DNA of 64,000 nt from Candidatus Bathyarchaeota archaeon BA2 (GTDB lineage: Archaea > Thermoproteota > Bathyarchaeia > Bathyarchaeales > Bathyarchaeaceae): positions 89,873-153,872 of the forward strand of contig LIHK01000056.1 in assembly GCA_001399795.1 (NCBI GenBank), read 5' to 3'. The notes under the pieces are model-generated. The model was given only the letters and a program-made list of their open reading frames with translations, searched no databases and was not told where the DNA came from. Positions 17,815 to 27,736 of this stretch are shown piece by piece. Positions within the stretch are counted from its first letter, which is position 1; each line of letters begins with the position of its first letter. The position numbers and the translations under genes were made by a program.

Positions 17815-19413
17815 ATGCAAAAAGACTTAGCAATCCGCACCGTATTAGTGCTAACAGCAATATTGGTGGCGACTCCTCTTCTTGGGTTGGTGCGCAGCTA
17901 TACCTTAAGCACTTTGCAATCTACCGAGCCTGGCGAAATAACGGTAGTCGATTGGAGAGAAAAAAATGTGACGTTGCCAGGGGTTCCGGAGAAAATAGTC
18001 TCCCTAGCGGCTCCCTGTACAATAATATTATATGCTCTTGGTGCTGGTGATAAGGTTGTTGGAGTTGACAAATACAGTATCGATTATGCAAAAGAGGGCT
18101 CAAGTACGTTTTGGGGGGCGCCTGGAAAGTTCGATCGCTATGTTAAGTTCTGCGACGAAGTGTCAAACAAACCTAACTTAGGTTTATCTTGGAGTCCAAG
18201 CATAGAGCCAATACTGGGCATCCAGCGTGATGTGGTATTCATGTATTATTACCCAGGCACTGTGGGAGTAATGGAAAAGCTTGAAGAGATGGGTGTACCC
18301 GTAATAGGCGTCTCGGCGAAGACTTCTGACGACATTTGCCGGTTGATAGGTTTAATCGGTAAGGTTATAGACGCGGAAGAGGAAGCTAATGCACTTATCA
18401 ACGAGATAAAATCCAGAATCGATGTAATTAGCAGAAATGTCGAAAATCTAACAAGACCAAAGGTCTATTATGAACTTACGGAGGTACTTAGGACAATTGG
18501 AAATGACACATTCAGCAATTGGATGATTGAAACAGCAGGAGGTGTAAACATATTCAATGATATGATACGCTTCCCAAAAGTATCAGAGGAGGCGGTAATT
18601 GAAAGGAACCCCGATGTAATAATCTTCGGGCACTATCTTCCAATAGCTCAAAAGGCGTTGAAAGAAGGAAAGAGCATAGCTGATGTATTGTTAGAGGAGA
18701 GGCCCGCTTGGAAGGACATTAAAGCGGTTAAGGATCGCAGGGTCCACATACTGCCAACTTATTACGCGACTTATGATCAGAGGTTCGTGATTGGGGTTGA
18801 ATTGATGGCAAAGTGGTTCCATGCAGAGATATTCGGTATTGAAAAGTCTGTTGAAAAACCTATTATGTATATACAGCCAGGGGTAAGCAGCCCGATTGCC
18901 ATAGAGGGCATCGCTATAACTCAAGTCGCAATTACAGCGGCACCCGACAAATGCATTAGAGAGGTGATGCTGTGCATTAGGCAGATGCCGCCTGATATCA
19001 GTTTAACTCTATGGAACGTAAGTGCATTTGAAAAGCCGGGTTTCACAGTTCATATTTACAAATATCTAGAGATTAAACTCGAACCCTACATCCCAGAGAA
19101 TATAAGTGAAGTGAAACTGAGCTTCTGCGTAGAGAATTCTTGGCTAATGGCAAATGGACTATCTGCAGATGATGTAGCGCTATTTAAGTGGAATGAAAAT
19201 GCCGAATCTTGGGATGAAGTAGCCACGTATACAAGTTACGAAGCGATTTCACCAGGGCTTTCAATGTTCGTAATAGCTGGCATCAAGCCTGTTCCTCCAC
19301 TGATTTGGGCGCAACCTTGGCTTTGGGGGATGGTGGTTACCATTGTGATCGCGGTATTAGCGCTAATAGCTACGCTGCGATTACAAGTGTTAAGGAAGAC
19401 CAAACCAACTTAG
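17815..19413 (+). CDS. ABC transporter substrate-binding protein (BtuF/FecB class) fused to a surface-domain and C-terminal TM anchor
   Basis: Signal/TM helix, then PEKIVSLAAPCTIILYALGAGDKVVGVD and NPDVIIFG. The C-terminal part (FKWNENAESWDEV...SPGLSMFVIAG) resembles a PGF-pre-PGF-type domain and is followed by a hydrophobic anchor and RKTK. Confidence 0.7.
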   Translation: MQKDLAIRTVLVLTAILVATPLLGLVRSYTLSTLQSTEPGEITVVDWREKNVTLPGVPEKIVSLAAPCTIILYALGAGDKVVGVDKYSIDYAKEGSSTFWGAPGKFDRYVKFCDEVSNKPNLGLSWSPSIEPILGIQRDVVFMYYYPGTVGVMEKLEEMGVPVIGVSAKTSDDICRLIGLIGKVIDAEEEANALINEIKSRIDVISRNVENLTRPKVYYELTEVLRTIGNDTFSNWMIETAGGVNIFNDMIRFPKVSEEAVIERNPDVIIFGHYLPIAQKALKEGKSIADVLLEERPAWKDIKAVKDRRVHILPTYYATYDQRFVIGVELMAKWFHAEIFGIEKSVEKPIMYIQPGVSSPIAIEGIAITQVAITAAPDKCIREVMLCIRQMPPDISLTLWNVSAFEKPGFTVHIYKYLEIKLEPYIPENISEVKLSFCVENSWLMANGLSADDVALFKWNENAESWDEVATYTSYEAISPGLSMFVIAGIKPVPPLIWAQPWLWGMVVTIVIAVLALIATLRLQVLRKTKPT

Positions 19414-19422
19414 CGCTGGTCG

Positions 19423-20529
19423 ATGACCTTGCGATTAAGGAAGATTGCACCTAACACTAGACTGATGGAGACCTACATGGTGAGGAGAGCTTGGAGGGTT
19501 CTTGCGATTTCCATAGCTTCCGCGGTCCTCTTTGGTGCGATAGTGCTAGCTACAGTAATAGGCCCTGTGTATATACCTCCAGCCACCGTCGCCGCCATCA
19601 TACTCAACAAAACCCCTTTAGTAGATTCATTGTTCAAGCCTAACTGGCCATCCGCGTATGAGTCGATAGTTATTCTCGTAAGACTGCCTAGGGCAATATT
19701 GGGAGCATTAGTGGGGGCAGCTTTAGCGCTTTCTGGCGCAGTGATGCAAGGGATGTTCAGAAATCCCCTAGCCGATCCTTATGTGCTTGGCTTGGCAGCT
19801 GGAGGGACCTTCGGAGCGTCAGTTTCAATAGTATTGGGTGTAAGCTTAGGCTTGGGGCTTGCGAAATACTCAATCCTATTTTTCGCATTTGTGTTTACGC
19901 TATTAACCGCCTTGCTCGTTTATGGAATATCTAGGGTTGGGTCCAAAGTTCCAGTGGAGACCCTTCTATTGGCAGGAGTAGCTGTTAGCACCTTCTTTTG
20001 GTCCATAAACTCATTCATGAAATACTTAGCTGGCGAGAAGCTTGAGGCAATCGTCTTTTGGATAATGGGCGGGCTCTGGCTTGCAGGTTGGGGCGATGTT
20101 GCCTTAGTAGTTTTACCGATAACCTTAGGCAGCATAGCGATTCTGCTGTTTTCGAGGGACCTAAACGCTATGTTAACCGGTGAAGAGGTAGCCAGCAGTT
20201 TAGGCGTCAACGTGGAAACCGCAAAAAAGGCACTATTAGCTTTATCTTCACTTCTCGTGGCTTCAGCAGTAGCGGTGAGCGGCCCCATAGGGTTTATAGG
20301 ACTCGTGGTGCCCCACATGGTAAGGCTAATCACCGGACCTGACCATAAAATATTATTGCCATTGTCCTCCCTAACAGGCGCGACGTTCTTAACATTGTCC
20401 GATTTAGCAGCAAAGCTAATCATAAGGCCAGCCGAACTACCAGTGGGCATAATAACAGCATCTACGGGCGCACCTTTCTTCATCTACTTATTGCGCAGAA
20501 GAAAGCGAGCCATGGGCTGGGTGAGCTAG
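19423..20529 (+). CDS. FecCD/BtuC-family ABC permease
   Basis: RLPRAILGALVGAALALSGAVMQGMFRNPLADPYVLG and GIITASTGAPFFIYLL, typical of the FecCD family. Confidence 0.85.
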   Translation: MTLRLRKIAPNTRLMETYMVRRAWRVLAISIASAVLFGAIVLATVIGPVYIPPATVAAIILNKTPLVDSLFKPNWPSAYESIVILVRLPRAILGALVGAALALSGAVMQGMFRNPLADPYVLGLAAGGTFGASVSIVLGVSLGLGLAKYSILFFAFVFTLLTALLVYGISRVGSKVPVETLLLAGVAVSTFFWSINSFMKYLAGEKLEAIVFWIMGGLWLAGWGDVALVVLPITLGSIAILLFSRDLNAMLTGEEVASSLGVNVETAKKALLALSSLLVASAVAVSGPIGFIGLVVPHMVRLITGPDHKILLPLSSLTGATFLTLSDLAAKLIIRPAELPVGIITASTGAPFFIYLLRRRKRAMGWVS

Positions 20530-20530
20530 C

Positions 20531-21316
20531 ATGAAGTTGAAAATAAGGGGCCTAGACTTCAGCTACGATAGCGTGAAGGCATTGGAAAGTGTTAGCCTTG
20601 AAGTCAATGAAGGAGAAATTTTGGGTGTGATAGGGCCAAACGGCTCCGGAAAAACAACCTTGCTTAAATGCATAAATTTAACGCTCAGGCCCAAAGCTGG
20701 TGTGGTGCTGATTGGCGGGGAAGATGTGTTCAACATGGGAAGGAGGAAGATAGCTAGGGAGGTGGCCGTCGTGCCTCAAAACTCCTCTATATCATTTCCA
20801 TTTACCGTTTTGGACATCGTGCTGATGGGGAGAATCCCTCATCTAAGCAGGCTTGGAAGGGAAGGCGAAAGGGACTTAAAGACTGCGGAAGAAGCCATGA
20901 GGGCAACTGATACTTTGCGCTTTGCCAGTAGGCCGATTGACGGGCTTAGCGGAGGGGAACTCCAAAGAGTGATGATAGCCAGGGCACTGGCTCAAGAGCC
21001 AAGCATATTGCTGTTGGACGAGCCCACCTTACATCTTGACATTAACCATCAGCTTGAAATCTTGAAGCTGATAAGGAAGCTGACTGGCGAAAAGGGATTG
21101 GCGACTATAATGGTCTCTCATAACCTGAACCTAGCGGCTAGGTATAGCGATAAACTGCTACTCTTAAACTCAGGGAGAATATACTCAGTTGGCTCCATCG
21201 AGGAAGTCCTGACGCCTGAAAATATTAAGAATACATACAAGGTTGAAGTCGACGTCCGCTATCATGAGGCCACGAGGTCCTATAACGTCATCCCAATATT
21301 CCCAATTGATGCTTAA
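20531..21316 (+). CDS. ABC transporter ATP-binding protein (FepC/BtuD type)
   Basis: GPNGSGKTT, LSGGELQRVMIARAL, LLLDEPTLHLD. Confidence 0.9.
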   Translation: MKLKIRGLDFSYDSVKALESVSLEVNEGEILGVIGPNGSGKTTLLKCINLTLRPKAGVVLIGGEDVFNMGRRKIAREVAVVPQNSSISFPFTVLDIVLMGRIPHLSRLGREGERDLKTAEEAMRATDTLRFASRPIDGLSGGELQRVMIARALAQEPSILLLDEPTLHLDINHQLEILKLIRKLTGEKGLATIMVSHNLNLAARYSDKLLLLNSGRIYSVGSIEEVLTPENIKNTYKVEVDVRYHEATRSYNVIPIFPIDA

Positions 21317-21348
21317 ATTGAAGCTATCGTCATGCCCCCTCTTTTTCC

Positions 21349-21474
21349 GGACAAAACGTACATGGCGCTTCGCGCCCTTAAAAGAAGCATGAAAAAGCCT
21401 TCAATTCTTCTCCCTTTAGCCAATTCATGGCTAATATGAACGTTTCTTGATGGAAGCATTTTTTCATGGCAAAA
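21349..21474 (-). repeat. Dispersed structured repeat, copy 1 (long form, minus orientation)
   Basis: The reverse complement aligns with 47686-47810 and 62745-62840. It contains hairpins TTAGCCA-TGAAT-TGGCTAA and GGCGC-GAA-GCGCC. Confidence 0.7.
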
Positions 21475-21513
21475 TTTCTAGATTAGAAGGTTTTACTTCT
21501 TTAATCCAAGCTT

Positions 21514-21996
21514 TCAAACTTCTTTTTCGTACGTTTGGACTAGCATTTCTTTAGCTTGTTCCCATAAACCCCCCTTCTTGTGAAAGCCAAGTTTGTCCAC
21601 ACATTTCTTACTTGCAATCTGATTTGGTAAAATATTCACATGGATTTTTTTGCATTTTTTCTTCTTAGCGAAGTTTATCAATTGCTTATACATGGTAGTG
21701 GCCAGGCCTCGCCCTTGATAGGATGGATGGATTGTTTGATGTTCTCCCAGGACAGTGTCCTTCTTGATGCTTGCTTTATATAAACCAACGATTCGACCGT
21801 CCACTCTAACCCCAAAATAGTAATAGTCCCCCTTCATCTCCTTCACTATTTCCTCTCGGCTTAGAGTTCTTTTCTTTCTCCATTTCTCAGGATATTCTAT
21901 TGCTGTGGGCCACACCTCCTTAAATAAACTTTCAATTTCAGCAGCATCCTTTGAGGATAAGAGTTCCACCCTAGTTTTATCCACTTGAAGCACCAC
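21514..21996 (-). CDS. GNAT-family N-acetyltransferase
   Basis: IHPSYQGRGLATTMYKQLINFAKKKKCKKIHVN (acetyl-CoA binding Q/RxxGxG/A motif). Confidence 0.8.
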   Translation of the reverse strand: MVLQVDKTRVELLSSKDAAEIESLFKEVWPTAIEYPEKWRKKRTLSREEIVKEMKGDYYYFGVRVDGRIVGLYKASIKKDTVLGEHQTIHPSYQGRGLATTMYKQLINFAKKKKCKKIHVNILPNQIASKKCVDKLGFHKKGGLWEQAKEMLVQTYEKEV

Positions 21997-22031
21997 TAAA
22001 TTAAAATCTTAACTTTTTAATTATTACAGGT

Positions 22032-22268
22032 ATGACAAATAAAAGAATAACACCTGAAAAATGTACTAATTGCTTAACCTGTCAGCTTATATGCTCTTAT
22101 TTGCATACGCGCAGTTTTAATCCCTCAAAATCAAAGATTAAAATAAAGCCTGGATATTTCAAAAATGGCGCTTGGATATCTAACCAAATAAGTTTTGAAA
22201 ATTGTGTGAAAGGATGTGGGCTCTGTATTAATTATTGCGTGTATGGCGCTATAATGGTGGATGAGTGA
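22032..22268 (+). CDS. Small 4Fe-4S ferredoxin-like protein coupled to AOR
   Basis: CTNCLTCQLIC and CVKGCGLCINYC motifs; 4-nt overlap with the downstream AOR gene. Confidence 0.6.
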   Translation: MTNKRITPEKCTNCLTCQLICSYLHTRSFNPSKSKIKIKPGYFKNGAWISNQISFENCVKGCGLCINYCVYGAIMVDE

Positions 22269-24211
22269 TGGCGTATTATGGGTATGCTGGCTCAATTCTT
22301 CGGGTGGATTTAACTGAAGAAAAAATCCGAAACGAGTTGCTTACTCAAGAACTTATAGAAAAATTCATAGGAGGATGGGGAATCAACAACAAGCTGTTCT
22401 ATGATCTCCAAAAGCCCAACATAGATCCTTTTTCACCCCAAAATCCAATTATAATGGGAGCTGGTCCTTTAGTTGGCACAATTGTTCCGGGAGCCAGCAA
22501 AATTGTTGGGACTACGAAATCCCCGATTGCCGATAAACAAGGAAAACATTTCATTGACAATGCTGTAGCTGGTAGTAGCAGATTCGGTGTTATGCTCAAA
22601 AATGCAGGTTACGATCATTTAATCGTAACTGGGAAAGCAAGAAAGCCTGTTTATCTAAAAATGATTGATGATGATGTGGAAATTTGCGGCGCAACTGCTC
22701 TTTGGGGGAAAAAAGACACCTACCAAACAACTGATTGGTTTATTGACAAATATGGAAGTTGCGGTGTAATTTCAATAGGGAAAGCTGGTGAAAATTTAGT
22801 AAGATATGCTATGGCTATAGTTGATTATTGCGCCACCCTAGGTAGATTCGGTTTTGGAGCCGTAATGGGTTCCAAGAATTTAAAAGCAATTATTGTCAAG
22901 GGCACAAAAGGGGTGAAAATCGCTAAACCAGAAGAGTTCCTAAGATTAACTAACGAGTGGAGAAAAGATACAAGCAAAATACCCCTCATTGAGGATTTCC
23001 GCACTTTAGGAATAGCATCGGGCTGGAATATTCACGCCCCTTTAGTTCGTGAGGGAGTTTGGAAATACTCAAAGTGGACTGAGTTATATGGTCCCGATAA
23101 ATGGCTTAAAGTAAAAAAGATGCAAAATTTAGCTTGCAATGCTTGTACACTAGCTTGCAGGGTCAATTATGAGGTAAGGGATGGGGAGTTCAAAGGGTTA
23201 ATTTCTTTCACTGGATTTTACATGCTCCCCGCTAGAGTTGGCCAGAGGCTAGAAATCGAGGATTATAGAAAGGCCGTTAAGCTGCTGGACATTTGCAATA
23301 GAACGGGTATGTGCTACTTCACAACTAGTGGCATAGTAAATTGGGTAACTAGACTTTATGAAAACGGAAACCTACCTCAACATAAGACAGAAGGCTTAGA
23401 GCTGAAGAGAAAATTTGATGTTTATCTTGATTTATTTAATAAAATAGCAAAAAGAGAAGGTTTTGGAGATCTTTTAGCCGATGGATGGTATCCAGCCTCA
23501 AAGAGGATAGGCGCAGATCCAGATGAATTTACAGAGGGTACTGGCATATTCAAGGGCGCCGATGTTATTCAAGACGCTAGATTTACTAAGTTACACCCAC
23601 AAGGATTTGCTTATTTAACAAATCCCAGACCACATCATGGAGGCCTTCAATCTCTTTACACTCTGCCAAATATAGATATTAGTTTACTTAGGGAGGATGC
23701 TAAGAGAATGGGCATTTCTGAGGAGGAACTTTATAGGATTTTTGCGTATACACCTGAATACGGAATGTTTAATGTTGCCAGATATGCAAAGCATTGCGAA
23801 GATCATATGGCTGTCCACAATTCTTTGGGTACTTGCATAGTGCACGCGCTTTGGGGATGGTTAGGATTAAAATACTTGAATACAGAGTTAATTGCTCAAA
23901 TATACTCGGCAGCAACAGGAATTGAAGTAGACGCTAGAGAGCTTAAAAAGCGCGGTGAAAGAGCTTTCAATCTTTTTAAGCTTCTTAATGTTAGAGAGGG
24001 CTTCTCAAGAAAAGATGATAATTGTTCAAAAATTTGGCTTACTCCAAGAAAGACTCCGGATGGGGTAAGAGTAATGATGGATTACTATGAAGAAAAACAA
24101 ATTTCAAAGGATGATATTGACAAGTTGTTAGATGACTACTACGATGAAAGAGGCTGGAAATTAGAGGACGGCACTCCCGAGAAGCAAAAATTAGCAGAAC
24201 TAGGACTTTAA
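22265..24211 (+). CDS. Aldehyde:ferredoxin oxidoreductase (tungstopterin AOR family)
   Basis: 648 aa; GSILRVDLT..., GAGPLVGT, GRFGFGAVMGSKNLKAIIV, CNACTLACR, and a C-terminal LDDYYDERGW.. motif shared with the other AORs in the window. Confidence 0.85.
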   Translation: MMAYYGYAGSILRVDLTEEKIRNELLTQELIEKFIGGWGINNKLFYDLQKPNIDPFSPQNPIIMGAGPLVGTIVPGASKIVGTTKSPIADKQGKHFIDNAVAGSSRFGVMLKNAGYDHLIVTGKARKPVYLKMIDDDVEICGATALWGKKDTYQTTDWFIDKYGSCGVISIGKAGENLVRYAMAIVDYCATLGRFGFGAVMGSKNLKAIIVKGTKGVKIAKPEEFLRLTNEWRKDTSKIPLIEDFRTLGIASGWNIHAPLVREGVWKYSKWTELYGPDKWLKVKKMQNLACNACTLACRVNYEVRDGEFKGLISFTGFYMLPARVGQRLEIEDYRKAVKLLDICNRTGMCYFTTSGIVNWVTRLYENGNLPQHKTEGLELKRKFDVYLDLFNKIAKREGFGDLLADGWYPASKRIGADPDEFTEGTGIFKGADVIQDARFTKLHPQGFAYLTNPRPHHGGLQSLYTLPNIDISLLREDAKRMGISEEELYRIFAYTPEYGMFNVARYAKHCEDHMAVHNSLGTCIVHALWGWLGLKYLNTELIAQIYSAATGIEVDARELKKRGERAFNLFKLLNVREGFSRKDDNCSKIWLTPRKTPDGVRVMMDYYEEKQISKDDIDKLLDDYYDERGWKLEDGTPEKQKLAELGL

Positions 24212-24497
24212 AACATGAAACACCAAGCACTCCCAAAAAACTTTATAATTACGATAATTTGTTTCTTAATCTTAATTCATTGATATTTCCATTTTTTCTA
24301 GGAGGCATGTGTCGGTATTTTACCAGGTGCTATTGTTCTTTTTTGTAGTAGGTACTAATTGGTGTTTACTTTATGAAATATATTAAGAATAGTAGGTTCA
24401 GGAATAAACTCAGATATTTTTACGACTAATTCCACGTCGAGCCTGAATTCTTCGGTGGAAAGATTGTTTTCCCACGATACTTTCGCCTTTTTGTCAG

Positions 24498-25823
24498 TCA
24501 TAGTTTCTTAAGAGCTTCTTCTTTAGCTGCGTTGGCTACTGGCAGCTGAGCTATGGCCGCTGCTATCGGGATATAAAGTAGCCAGTTTAAGTTGTTGAAT
24601 TTGTCAGTGAAGAAGCCAGCAATTGGTGACCCCGTCATTCCCCCCAGATTTCCGAAGAAGATGGTGAAGCCCATAGATCCTCCGTAGTTGCCCGCTGGCG
24701 CACTTTCTATAATAAACGTGTAAAGCGAGCTGAACTCTCCTAATTCGAAGAAACTGGTCGCCATCGACAGGGTAAGTGTGAGGAAGTAAGGAGCGCTTGG
24801 AGGAATAAGAGTAACAAGGAAAAGACAAATCGCATCGCATATCAACGTGCCTATTAGCGTTGGCTTCCTGCCGAACCTGTCGGCCACCCACCCAAGCAGG
24901 ACAGCCCCAGCCATACCCGATGCTGCACATGCTCCCTTAGTGGCGGCTGCAAGAATAGGCGTCATGCCAATTTTCTCTCTAAAATAGAAAACAAGCCAGT
25001 CGTCTATCGTCCAAATTTCAAAGAGATCTAAAGCCGCGAAGCCCCAAAGGTAAAGCAGATTCGGCACGGAGAACAAGGTTCTGGCAGTAGACTTAAACGT
25101 GGTCTTCGATTCATATTCTTGGGGTTTCTCTTTAACAATTAACCAAAAGAGTAACCCTACAATAAACATTGGGACGGCGCAAACCTGGAAAGACAGCCTC
25201 CAACTTTTAAAAGTTTGGACAACATAGCCAGCTGATGTCCATCCGATGATAGATCCAAGTATAGCCCCGGTTAGATAGAGGCCTATGGCTTTCGATCGCA
25301 CTTCCTTTGGGAAGGTTTCGGCAACAAAGGACGCCGCAACAGGAAAGAAGGCTCCTATTGATGCTCCTGCGAGGGCTCTAAAGATCACCAACGTCACGAA
25401 ATTTCCGGCTAAGCCTGTAGTCCACATCATAACACTGAAAAGGAACATGCTTGGAACTATTAGTTTCTTCCTTCCAATTCTATCGGACATCAAGCCGCCA
25501 AATAAAGCCGTGCAAATATATAAAGCCCAAAAAGTAAGATCTAGGCCCAGCCCCGCAGATAAGAGGCTTAAATTAAATTCATCAATAATCTCTTTCTTCG
25601 TTACGTCGATTACCTGCCGATTGGCCGCCGTTATGAGCCAACCAAGCCAGCAAAAGATCAAAATAGTGTATTTGCCGCTTATTCGACCTTGATATGCTCT
25701 AGTCACGCAACTGTGGGATGATTTTTGTTGCCGATTTTCAAGTTGGCGCCATATTCCAGACTTCAAACGGTCTACAAAGCCATCAACGCTCTTTCTTTCT
25801 ATCAGGCCCATCGGCCACCCCAA
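24498..25823 (-). CDS. MFS transporter
   Basis: About 12 hydrophobic helices with the MFS signature MSDRIGRKKLI, and WVADRFGRKPTL in the second half. Confidence 0.8.
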   Translation of the reverse strand: MGWPMGLIERKSVDGFVDRLKSGIWRQLENRQQKSSHSCVTRAYQGRISGKYTILIFCWLGWLITAANRQVIDVTKKEIIDEFNLSLLSAGLGLDLTFWALYICTALFGGLMSDRIGRKKLIVPSMFLFSVMMWTTGLAGNFVTLVIFRALAGASIGAFFPVAASFVAETFPKEVRSKAIGLYLTGAILGSIIGWTSAGYVVQTFKSWRLSFQVCAVPMFIVGLLFWLIVKEKPQEYESKTTFKSTARTLFSVPNLLYLWGFAALDLFEIWTIDDWLVFYFREKIGMTPILAAATKGACAASGMAGAVLLGWVADRFGRKPTLIGTLICDAICLFLVTLIPPSAPYFLTLTLSMATSFFELGEFSSLYTFIIESAPAGNYGGSMGFTIFFGNLGGMTGSPIAGFFTDKFNNLNWLLYIPIAAAIAQLPVANAAKEEALKKL

Positions 25824-25944
25824 GATTCAACACCTGAAAGATGCAAATAACGAAAATTTGCCAAAGTTTAGTTTCGATAACAGATACACGGGGATTATAT
25901 TTATATGAAAAATTTTCGGTCAGTCGACATCTTTGGGTGCAATT

Positions 25945-27117
25945 TTACTTCAATGCTTGATCTAAATCGACGATAATGTCGTTGGAGTCTTCAATTCCTA
26001 TTGATAGTCTTATTAATCCGTCAGTAATACCTAGTTGGAGCCTTTCTTCTTGTGGGATCATTCGGTGCGTCATGGTGGCAGGATGTTCGATTAAGGTGGC
26101 TGTATCCCCTAGACTTACCGCGCACCGGCATAATTTCACCTTCTCCATCATTGTGTAGGCTTCTTTCATGCCTCCTTTTATTTCAAAGGCGAGTATGCCG
26201 CCAAAATCACGCATTTGTTTTTTGGCTAATTCATGTTGCGGGTGACTTGGTAGTCCAGGATATAATACTTTTTTTACTTTTGAGTGTTCGCTTAGGAATT
26301 TAGCGACAGCCATGGCATTTTCACTGTGTTTATCCATACGCAAGGCTAGGGTCTTCAATCCTCTAACTATTAGCCAAGCATTAAACGGATTAGTCACTCC
26401 TCCAGTTAAAGCCAAGGTCCTTCGGACTTCCATAACGAAATTTCGAGAACCCACAACGATTCCCCCCAAAGTATCTCCATGCCCGCTAAGATATTTTGTG
26501 GCGCTATAAACCACAGCGTCAGCTCCAAGCTCCATGGGACGCTGATAATAGGGCGTCATAAACGTATTATCAACAACTACTTTAGCATCAGACTCATTGG
26601 CTATTTCAGAAACAGCCCTGATATCAACTATATCCATTGTGGGATTGGCGGGAGTTTCAATAAATATCATTTTGGTTTTATTTGTTAAAGCATTTTTCAT
26701 GTTAGCCGGATTTGTAGCATCAACAAAAACGGTCTTTACACCCAGTTTCGGCATTATTTCTTTAAAAAGAGTATAAGTGCTGCCGTATAAGGTGTCGGAG
26801 GAAATAATTTGGTCTCCCTCTTTAAGCAGCGTGAATATCACGGTTGAAATGGCCGCCATTCCGGAAGCCGTTGCTAAGGCTGCTTCGCCCCCTTCTAAGA
26901 TAGCCATTTTTTCCTCCAGTACTGTGTGGGTTGGATTTCCAGCCCTCGTATAAATGTAAGCCGTCCGCCATTCAGTAGTAGGAGGCTGTTCAACGTTTCT
27001 TTTTAGTACAAAAGTTGAAGTTTGATAGATGGGTGTTGCATGGGAGCCGGTTAGTGGACAAGGCTTCTCACCTGCGTGTACGGCCTTTGTAAAAAAGCCA
27101 GCTTTTTCCAGATTCAT
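25945..27117 (-). CDS. Cys/Met-metabolism PLP-dependent enzyme (cystathionine gamma-synthase / methionine gamma-lyase / O-acetylhomoserine sulfhydrylase family)
   Basis: YSATKYLSGHGDTLGG (PLP-lysine region), TPANPT, SLG..ATLIEHPATMTH. Start taken at the internal Met (MNLEKAGFF). Confidence 0.85.
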   Translation of the reverse strand: MNLEKAGFFTKAVHAGEKPCPLTGSHATPIYQTSTFVLKRNVEQPPTTEWRTAYIYTRAGNPTHTVLEEKMAILEGGEAALATASGMAAISTVIFTLLKEGDQIISSDTLYGSTYTLFKEIMPKLGVKTVFVDATNPANMKNALTNKTKMIFIETPANPTMDIVDIRAVSEIANESDAKVVVDNTFMTPYYQRPMELGADAVVYSATKYLSGHGDTLGGIVVGSRNFVMEVRRTLALTGGVTNPFNAWLIVRGLKTLALRMDKHSENAMAVAKFLSEHSKVKKVLYPGLPSHPQHELAKKQMRDFGGILAFEIKGGMKEAYTMMEKVKLCRCAVSLGDTATLIEHPATMTHRMIPQEERLQLGITDGLIRLSIGIEDSNDIIVDLDQALK

Positions 27118-27540
27118 AAAACTTCCCCGTAATCTTGTAAGTTTGATTTTAATTCTAAACTTTGGCAAATTTTAATTTTTCTGTCTTATATTGATACTGT
27201 CAAGTTATCTTTTATGGGAGCTTTAAGAAGCCGCTTTTGGGAGGCAATCCTTATCAAATGGCTCCTCAAAGTCCTTAAGGATAGTGGTTTGTTCAAGATC
27301 AAGCTCTTCATAAGGCTCTTCGTTCTATGGTACAACTTCATAAGGCCGCACCAAACCCTGAAAAGACTGCCAGCGACACCAATAACTTGACAATATCTCT
27401 TATATTAATATAAAGCTTTAAATAGACATGGTGGTTCTCCACAAACTCTTTTTTCTTGGTTTATTTGGATTCTAATTAGAAGAATGTTGAAATCAGTGTT
27501 TTTCTGAATGCGATTGCAGTGGACTGTTGTTGTTCGGGCT

Positions 27541-27672
27541 ATAGCCCCTATTTATAGTTTCAACATAGAAATCGGACTTGCGGTGCGTGCTCTGTACTGG
27601 ATAGACCCTATCTAGACAGTATATATCCTCAACATAAAAATTGGACGATGCGGTGCAGATGGCTATCTGTGG
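27541..27672. repeat. Two degenerate tandem repeat units (60 and 72 nt)
   Basis: Units start ATAGCCCCTAT / ATAGACCCTAT and share CAACATA(G/A)AAAT(C/T)GGAC..GCGGTGC. They lie in the 568-bp gap upstream of the PLP-enzyme gene. Confidence 0.5.
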
Positions 27673-27736
27673 ATATACTCTTCCGAAAACCAAAATGAAG
27701 CTTTAAACAATTCTTAAATATAAGCACCATCCTCAA

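Noticed and set aside
19920-20483. 187-aa minus-strand ORF
   Set aside because: It is antisense to the FecCD permease, whose family motifs are clear. No motif was recognised and the composition is that of a shadow ORF.
27493-27693. 66-aa minus-strand ORF with an internally repeated peptide (RVYP...FYVE twice)
   Set aside because: The peptide repeat simply mirrors the degenerate DNA tandem repeat at 27541-27672. No start context or family was recognised, so it is treated as non-coding repeat DNA.
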